Assembly: GCA_964587835.1 (NCBI GenBank)
Contig: CAZPMN010000003.1
Location: 76,565-140,564, forward strand
Direction of reading: 5' to 3'
Length of the DNA: 64,000 bases
Source: an uncultured bacterium
GTDB taxonomy: Bacteria > Auribacterota > Erginobacteria > Erginobacterales > Erginobacteraceae
The notes beneath the pieces are model-generated. The model was not told where the DNA came from. It saw only the letters and a program-made list of their open reading frames with translations, and searched no databases. Below are positions 58,389-64,000 of the stretch, piece by piece (position 1 is the stretch's first letter; each line of letters starts with the position of its first letter). Position numbers and translations under genes: made by a program.

Positions 58389-58504
58389 ATTTTTCTCCTG
58401 GCGAATATTATCCGTGATTCGGCACCCTTCCGGGGTGCTTATTGAACTAATTTCCTTATCTATATTGAACAGAGCACCGCTTGGTTCAAGAATGAACGGG
58501 CGGA

Positions 58505-59308
58505 TTACGGACCCGAAAATATAAGGGGCCGGCCGGTTTCCGGGTGGGGCAAGACCTCAAGCCGCGCCCGGTAAAGTTGCGAGAGATGCCCCCTGGTGAT
58601 CAGCTCTCCGGTGGGGCCGTCCTTCCAGACCATCCCCTCCTTGAGAAAGACCAGCCGGTCGCAGTAGGCGGAAGCCAGGTTCAAATCGTGAAGGACGGTC
58701 AGGATCGTCATCCCCCTCTCCTGGTGCAGTCTCCTCAGGAGCCGGAAGATCTCCTGCTGGTAACCGAGGTCAAGGTGGAGAGTGGGCTCGTCGAGGATCA
58801 GCAGCTCCGGCTCCGAAGCCAGGGCGACCGCGATCAGGACCCGCTGCTGCTCCCCCCCGCTCAGGTCCCTGAAGTTCTTCTTTCCCAGCTCCGTGCTGGC
58901 GGTGGCCTCCAGGGCCCAAACCACCGCCGCCACGTCCTCCAGACGGGGCCGCCACTGAAAAGAACGAAAATAGGGCAGCCGCCCGAGGAGGACCAGGTCC
59001 TCTACCGCCAGGTCGATATCCCCCCCCCGGTTCTGGGGGACCACCGCCCGGCGCCGGGCCAGCTCTCCGGGGTCCCAATCAGAGAAATCCCGGCCCCGGT
59101 AAGAAAGCCTGCCCCTCCAAGGCGGGAGAACGTTGGAGAGTACCCGGACCAGAGTGGTCTTCCCCGATCCGTTGGGTCCGGCCAAACCGACAAACTCCCC
59201 CCGGCGGATAGCGAGATCGAGCCCTTTAAGGATCGTCTCCCGACCGTAACCGGCGGTAATGTTCCGGGCGGTGATCAGTTCCGCAGTATTTAATGTTTTC
59301 TCTTCCAT
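58505..59308 (-). CDS. ABC transporter ATP-binding protein (iron-siderophore/cobalamin importer type)
   Basis: GPNGSGKTT, LSGGEQQRV, ILDEPT, H-loop. Confidence 0.85.
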   Translation of the reverse strand: MEEKTLNTAELITARNITAGYGRETILKGLDLAIRRGEFVGLAGPNGSGKTTLVRVLSNVLPPWRGRLSYRGRDFSDWDPGELARRRAVVPQNRGGDIDLAVEDLVLLGRLPYFRSFQWRPRLEDVAAVVWALEATASTELGKKNFRDLSGGEQQRVLIAVALASEPELLILDEPTLHLDLGYQQEIFRLLRRLHQERGMTILTVLHDLNLASAYCDRLVFLKEGMVWKDGPTGELITRGHLSQLYRARLEVLPHPETGRPLIFSGP

Positions 59309-59325
59309 CAGAGGATATAAATTAA

Positions 59326-59440
59326 GACTAAGTAATCAGTAGTCAGTAATCAGTAATCGGTAATCGGTCAGGCGACTGCTCACTGCTCACTGCTCACCGC
59401 TTACTGCTCACTGATCACTGATTACCGATTACTGCTTACC
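59326..59440. repeat. palindromic heptamer-array region. (GTAATCA/GTAATCG)x5 then (CTGCTCA/CCGCTTA)x6, then the inverted copy (CTGATTACCGATTACTG)
   Basis: Read directly. CAGTAATCGGTAATCGG and CCGATTACCGATTACTG are exact reverse complements. Confidence 0.75.
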
Positions 59441-60459
59441 CCCCCTCCCCCCCTACCCCCGCCGGAGGCCAGGAAGTAAATGAAGAGGCTTCCCCCCAGG
59501 ATACCGCTGACCACTCCCACCGGCAGTTCGGCCGGCGCCCGGACGGTTCGGGCGATCAGGTCGCAGAAGACCAGGAAAGTCCCGCCGGCCAGGAAAGAGG
59601 CCGGGAGGGTGAACCGGTGGTCGTTGCCGAGAAAGAGCCGGACGACGTGGGGGACTACCAGGCCGACAAAACCGATCACCCCGGCCGCCGCCACTGCCGT
59701 TCCGGCCAGGATCGACCCGAGAAAGAAGAGCTGGCGCTGGGCCCGGCCAAGCCTCACCCCAAGACCGGCCGCACCCTCCTCCCCCAGTTCCAGGGCGTTC
59801 AGGGTCCAGGCCCGGGTCAGGGCGGCCGCGGAGCCGAGCAGGATAACCGGTCCGGCGATCCAGAGCAGGGCCGGGTCGGCCCCGTCCAGGGACCCCATCG
59901 TCCAGTAGATGACCGCCCGGAAACGCCCCAGGTCGGCCACCGAGAGCAGGAGCATAATCAGGGCGGAGGAGATGAAAGAGATCATCACCCCGATCAGGAG
60001 CAGGTAGGGGATGTGAAGGAAGCGGCGGCGGCGGGCGATGGCGTAAGCTGTCGTAACCGCCAGCCAGGCCCCGGTAAAGCCGAGCAGCGGGAGAGCGAAG
60101 CGGGGGAGGGCCGGCCCGATGATGAACCCGAGGCTGATCCCCAGGGCCGCCCCGCCGGAGACCCCCAGGGTGTAAGGCTCGACCAGGGGGTTGCGGAAGA
60201 GCCCCTGGAAGAGCACCCCGGCCACCGCCAGTCCGCCGCCGACGATCAGCCCCAGAACCACCCGGGGAAGGCGGAGGCGGAGGATGACCACGGAATGGAG
60301 GGACTCCTCTCCCCCCCCGAGGACGGCGGAGCGAAGAACCCGGCAGACCTCCCCGGGGGAGAAGGAGACGGCCCCGACGGAGAGGGCCAGGCCGGAGACG
60401 ACGGCCAAAGCCGCCAGGAGGGAGAGAAAGAAGACCGCCGGGCGGACGGGTCTCTTCAC
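59422..60459 (-). CDS. ABC transporter permease, FecCD/BtuC family
   Basis: ~10 TM. The Gly-rich C-terminal tail is encoded by the adjacent repeat and may be an artefactual extension. Confidence 0.85.
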   Translation of the reverse strand: MKRPVRPAVFFLSLLAALAVVSGLALSVGAVSFSPGEVCRVLRSAVLGGGEESLHSVVILRLRLPRVVLGLIVGGGLAVAGVLFQGLFRNPLVEPYTLGVSGGAALGISLGFIIGPALPRFALPLLGFTGAWLAVTTAYAIARRRRFLHIPYLLLIGVMISFISSALIMLLLSVADLGRFRAVIYWTMGSLDGADPALLWIAGPVILLGSAAALTRAWTLNALELGEEGAAGLGVRLGRAQRQLFFLGSILAGTAVAAAGVIGFVGLVVPHVVRLFLGNDHRFTLPASFLAGGTFLVFCDLIARTVRAPAELPVGVVSGILGGSLFIYFLASGGGRGGGGVSSNR

Positions 60460-61376
60460 CGGACCTCCTCCTGCCCGGAGCTGGAGATGAAGCGCGCGAT
60501 CCGCTTCAGGCCTTCCTCCAGCCGGGGACCCAGACGGCAGACGGTATCCGGGTCAAGGCTGAAGACCCGGCGGTTTTTGACCGCCCTCATTTCCGGGAAC
60601 CGCTCCCAGGAAGTGACAGCCCACCGTGCCTCGCTCCCCATCGCGGCGATAATGATCACCGCGGGGTCGCTCAGGAGAACCTGCTCCCGGCTGATCACCG
60701 GGTAACGGGGACTGAGGGAGGCGGCGATATTCTCCCCCCCCACCAGTTCGATCATCTCCCCGATCAGGGTCTGCCGGGAGGCGGTGATCAGGGGCTGGAG
60801 GCCGATCTGAACGAAGACCGATACCGGCGGCCGGGAGGAGGTATCGGTTCGGACCTGCTCGACGACCGCCGCCAACTCCCCGATCCGGCGGGCGGCGGCC
60901 TCCTCCCGGCCCAGGATCCGGCCCAGCCGCCGGAGAAAGGAGAAGTAGTCGGTGAAGTTTCTCGCCTCGTCAAAGACGGTCACCTTGATCCCCAGGTCCC
61001 GCAGCCGACGGACCGTCTCCGGACTGTTCCCTTCTCGGGTAGCCAGGACCAGGTCGGGGGCGAGGGTGGTGATCCTTTCCAACCCGGGGTTCTGCAGGCT
61101 GCCGAGCCGGTCGACACCGTCCGAGTCCGCGGGTAAGGGGCAGAAGTCGCTCACCCCGACCAGACGTCCACCGGCCCCCAGGGCGATCACGTTTTCGGTC
61201 AGGTCGGGGTTGAGCGAGACTATCCTCTCCGGCGGTTTGGACGGAGAGGATTCCGCTTCGGGGAGCCGGGGAGAAGACGAGGGCGCTCCGTCGGACTCCG
61301 GGCATTCCCCGACGGTGAGCAGGAATATTCCCGGGAGGAGAATGACCGAGATCAATTTCAGGAGATCGTGGAACAC
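60456..61376 (-). CDS. periplasmic substrate-binding protein (BtuF/FhuD-like, cluster A-2)
   Basis: ORF-track start at 61475 would run through tRNA-Leu. A GTG at ~61376 (V of VFHDLL) or a nearby alternative start is required. Hydrophobic N-terminal segment then PBP fold motifs. Confidence 0.65.
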   Translation of the reverse strand: MFHDLLKLISVILLPGIFLLTVGECPESDGAPSSSPRLPEAESSPSKPPERIVSLNPDLTENVIALGAGGRLVGVSDFCPLPADSDGVDRLGSLQNPGLERITTLAPDLVLATREGNSPETVRRLRDLGIKVTVFDEARNFTDYFSFLRRLGRILGREEAAARRIGELAAVVEQVRTDTSSRPPVSVFVQIGLQPLITASRQTLIGEMIELVGGENIAASLSPRYPVISREQVLLSDPAVIIIAAMGSEARWAVTSWERFPEMRAVKNRRVFSLDPDTVCRLGPRLEEGLKRIARFISSSGQEEVR

Positions 61377-61433
61377 GGGCCAGTTATCCGGTTTTTCACC
61401 GCCGAGGGAGAGGAGAAGGATGCGGCGCCTCGA

Positions 61434-61518
61434 TGCCGGAGGCGGGACTCGAACCCGCACGGCACTGCGTGCCAAGGGATTTTAAGTCCCTTGTGTCTGC
61501 CAGTTCCACCACTCCGGC
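61434..61518 (-). tRNA. tRNA-Leu (anticodon TAA), long variable arm
   Basis: Reverse complement GCCGGAGTGGTGGAACTGGCAGACACAAGGGACTTAAAATCCCTTGGCACGCAGTGCCGTGCGGGTTCGAGTCCCGCCTCCGGCA. Anticodon loop CTTAAAA. Confidence 0.85.
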
Positions 61519-61686
61519 GGCCGGAATCGCAAATTGATCAAACGGTTCGTATCCTCCCCTCACCAAAGCCATTATATCGGAATCGCCCCGGAAGATACAA
61601 TAAGCGATCAGGCAGGGACCGCGAAAACCGTTTCCGGAACGCCAACCGGACACTTTGTCAACGGTTGGGGATACCCCCGAGCGACC

Positions 61687-62327
61687 TGGTGGGGCGGACG
61701 GAGGAGGTTATCCTCCCCCGGGAGCAGGCGGAAGTGATCTGGGCCCACGAGCGGGAGGTGATTGAGTCGGGACGGCCCCGGACCAATATTGTTTGGTCGG
61801 TTGAATACAACGGTAAACAGCTCTGGCTCCTGATCGATCTCTTCCCCTCTTACGACGCGCAGGGGACCATCAACGGAACCATCGGGTGCGGGATGGACAT
61901 TACGGCTTTAAAGAAATCCCAGGAAGCCTTGATGGTGGGCTACCGGCAAGAGCGACGGCTCCGCCGGGAGCAGGAAGAACTGGTCGAACAGCTGCAGGCC
62001 CGGGTGGCGGTAACTCGGGAACCGGAATCACCTCTCCAGATCTGCCCGGTCTGCAAGAATATCCGTGACGAAGGGGGGCGGTATATCGCCTTGGAGAGTT
62101 ACTTCAAAGACCACCTCGGCGTGGAATTCTCTCCCGGTTTCTGTCCGGAATGCGCCGAGAAGGTACACCGGGAAATTCAACCGCAAAAACCCACCTGCCA
62201 GGAATGCGGAAGCGACCTGGATGTGATGAGATACACGGTGGGCGGAAGGCATTTCCGCAGGTACTCCTGCCCGATCTGCGGACATACCCGGGACTTCGTC
62301 CGGGAAAGAAGAGAGAAAGCGGGGTAA
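61687..62327 (+). CDS. PAS-domain protein with C-terminal double zinc-ribbon (4 x CxxC)
   Basis: ORF 61368..62327. The first ~105 codons are antisense to tRNA-Leu and discarded. PAS-like core IVWSVEYNGKQLWLLIDLFPSYDAQGTINGTIGCGMDIT. C-terminus CPVC...CPEC...CQEC...CPIC. Start codon uncertain (GTG candidates ~61687/61730). Confidence 0.5.
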
Positions 62328-62483
62328 GAAACTCTTCCTGGGATCAGCTTGAGCCCGGATAACGTCCCGGCCCCGGAGTCCGGCCGCCGCCGACTGTGGG
62401 GAAAGTTTGGGCGGGTTATTTCATTCCGCGTGGGCTTGGCCAGCCAGTCATTGCGAGGAAACCCGAAATCTTTCGGGCCGACC

Positions 62484-62575
62484 AAGCAATCTCACCTCCC
62501 CGATCATTGCCAGTCCAGAGGACGAAGCAATCTCACCCCCCGGTCATTGCCAGTCCAAAGGACGAAGCAATCTCG
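62484..62575. repeat. tandem ~41-bp direct repeat, 2.3 copies (AAGCAATCTCACCYCCCSGRTCATTGCCAGTCCARAGGACG)
   Basis: Read directly. No unique spacers between copies. Preceded by palindrome CCCGAAATCTTTCGGG. Confidence 0.8.
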
Positions 62576-62751
62576 TTACTTGTCTTCCCGCAGGTTGCCG
62601 TTCCGGTCCCACTCCCGACGGGGGATCGGCTCGATTCATAGTGCCGGTTCGGTTGCTTGAATATATCAGCCTGTCCGACCGGGAAAAATGGAGAAATACC
62701 CCCTTCCCGGCCAACCGGTTCTTCAACACCGGCTTACCTGCCCGGATCCTT

Positions 62752-62780
62752 TTGACCGCCGCTATATATTTTGATATATA
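62752..62780 (+). promoter_or_regulatory. near-consensus sigma70-type promoter (TTGACC-17-TATATA) in an AT-rich patch
   Basis: Read directly. Drives the TauE/SafE remnant ~130 nt downstream. Confidence 0.4.
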
Positions 62781-62908
62781 TCGTGTAGCCGCGGGGAAGG
62801 TATCTTCGACTTCGCGGCGACGTATAAGGTCTTCTGGGTAACATTCCAGTTAGGAACCTCGCGCCGGGTCGGGGCTCCGGAGTCTTTAGATCTAAGGAGC
62901 CACCCTAA

Positions 62909-63121
62909 ATGGATACAGCCATCCTCTTACTGTAGGGAATAGCCGCCGGCGTGGTCAGCAGTCTGGTGGGACTGGCCGGGGGCTTTCTCCTCATCCCCTT
63001 CCTGGTCCTCGGACTGAAGATGTCCCAGCACGGCGCCCAGGGGACCTGCCTGTCGGCAATGTTCCTTCCGGAGACCTTCCTCGGGGCCCTGCTCTACTCA
63101 CGTATCGGATATACGCAATGA
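62909..63121 (+). pseudogene. TauE/SafE (DUF81) sulfite-exporter family gene remnant. In-frame TAG at codon 9, truncated after ~70 codons.
   Basis: MDTAILLL*GIAAGVVSSLVGLAGGFLLIPFLVLGL...GTCLSAMF...YSRIGYTQ* matches the TauE N-terminal TM1-TM2 signature. Good RBS AAGGAG 8 nt upstream. Confidence 0.5.
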
Positions 63122-63167
63122 ATGAGGCAAAAAGAGGAATATCGGCGGCAATGCCCACGCGGATTAC

Positions 63168-63663
63168 GTGCGCGCCGCTGATATGCGTCCCGACTTGCCG
63201 GAACTGGAGGTCGTCCTGCTGGAGGAGGAGCTCAGGAATTTCCAACGGGTGGGGAGCACTGTGCTGGCCAATCGGCAGGGAGTCCTGTGGCAGTCCGATC
63301 ACGAAAACCTGGAACCACAGAACGCCGCCGTCGGGGAGTTCTGCCTGGAAACCCCTGGACTCGAAATCTGGTGCCGGAGCCGCCACGACACGGACCAGAC
63401 GCCATTTGTCTTCGATGCGCAAGGCCGCGTGATCGCCTCCTGGAAGATGGACGATGTCGCCCCCGCGGACTGGATCGACCGGGGGGCTGTACACGGCGGA
63501 TGTCTCGGGAGACTGGCGAGAAGAGATCATCGTCCTGAGCGGGAATGAGCTTCACGTCTATTATAATGAGGCGCCCAACCCCCGGCCTGACCGCCCGCGC
63601 CTCTGGTCGGATCGGAACTACCACCGCAAGAAGATGACCTGGAACTACTACATCCCGGGATGA
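63168..63663 (+). pseudogene. frameshifted remnant of a larger protein (C-terminal beta-propeller/FG-GAP-like blade ...ADVSGDWREEIIVLSGNELHVYYNE...)
   Basis: ORFs 63168..63548 and 63454..63663 are contiguous in sense but in different frames. No N-terminal part present. Confidence 0.4.
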
Positions 63664-63799
63664 AAAGCAGAACGCGGTTTGGAACGACGACCGGCTGCTG
63701 AACCCAACGTTTCGGACAACGGCGGACGCCGTGCTTGAACGCGGTCGGCGGGCGCAGGAAATGAGCGGAGCTATTCGAGAATGTGCGGTTTTTAACTTA

Positions 63800-63871
63800 A
63801 GGCGCGGACCGGACTCGAACCGGTGAATAGCGGTTTTGCAGACCGCCGCCTTACCACTTGGCTACCGCGCC
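63800..63871 (-). tRNA. tRNA-Cys (anticodon GCA), discriminator U73
   Basis: Reverse complement GGCGCGGTAGCCAAGTGGTAAGGCGGCGGTCTGCAAAACCGCTATTCACCGGTTCGAGTCCGGTCCGCGCCT. Anticodon loop CTGCAAA. Confidence 0.85.
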
Positions 63872-63900
63872 ATAATTTTTACTGCGCAAAAATTATGGGG
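63872..63900. promoter_or_regulatory. 11-bp-arm inverted repeat CCATAATTTTT-actgcgc-AAAAATTATGG immediately upstream of tRNA-Cys
   Basis: Read directly. AT-rich palindrome in the promoter position of the tRNA. Confidence 0.4.
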
Positions 63901-64000
63901 GAAACTCCCCCGGGCTGAACAATAGCCTTTGGGATTACCCCATAATATCAGTACCACTAACCTTCCAGATACCAGACCCGGAAGAAGTCCTCGTGCGTCT

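Noticed and set aside
58389-58504. Possible preQ1 riboswitch upstream of queF
   Set aside because: By eye the leader does not match the preQ1-I (AGAGGUUC...AAAAACUAA) or preQ1-II consensus. Left as a check and not called as a feature.
61368-61686. 5' third of ORF 61368..62327
   Set aside because: Antisense to tRNA-Leu (61434-61518). Product is Arg/Pro-rich. Only the downstream PAS/zinc-ribbon part was kept.
62484-62575. 41-bp repeats considered as a CRISPR array
   Set aside because: Copies are directly adjacent with no unique spacers, only 2.3 units, and no cas genes nearby. Treated as a minisatellite.

Overview
High-GC (~65%), densely coded bacterial chromosomal segment, with most genes on the minus strand. 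Taxon not assignable from sequence alone.

Recognisable content:
- DNA repair and replication: partial uvrB, mpg, ligA, HU.
- RNA biology: RumA-type rRNA methyltransferase, rnz, dtd, queF-queC with an RNase D-like exonuclease.
- Envelope and lipid genes: lgt, a PlsC-like acyltransferase, an LpxL-like acyltransferase, GT2 and GT28 glycosyltransferases, a DUF368 protein.
- A mannose to GDP-D-rhamnose cluster (manA, gmd, rmd) and two tandem malQ paralogues.
- hypA-hypB nickel chaperones without a hydrogenase or urease in the window.
- A tandem HtrA-like protease plus a catalytically dead paralogue.
- A giant (1583 aa) protein made only of HEAT repeats.
- Four tRNAs: Asp-GTC, Pro-CGG, Leu-TAA and Cys-GCA.
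- Three toxin-antitoxin modules: AbiEi/AbiEii in a low-GC islet right after tRNA-Asp, a ParE-family pair, and VapBC.
- A btuFCD/fecBCD-like ABC importer.

Main candidate for something new: a tightly overlapping four-gene operon made of a small ORF, a NUDIX hydrolase, a stand-alone DnaE-N-terminal-like PHP protein, and a receiver-less GAF histidine kinase. It sits between the toxin-antitoxin cluster and a 1096-aa orphan protein / nadE.

Several intergenic repeat families (heptamer arrays in inverted-repeat elements, a 41-bp tandem repeat, a hexanucleotide microsatellite) are not explained by known features.

No rRNA, CRISPR array or intact transposase was seen. Coordinates come from the supplied ORF track combined with manual motif reading and are +/- a few nt for starts re-assigned by hand.
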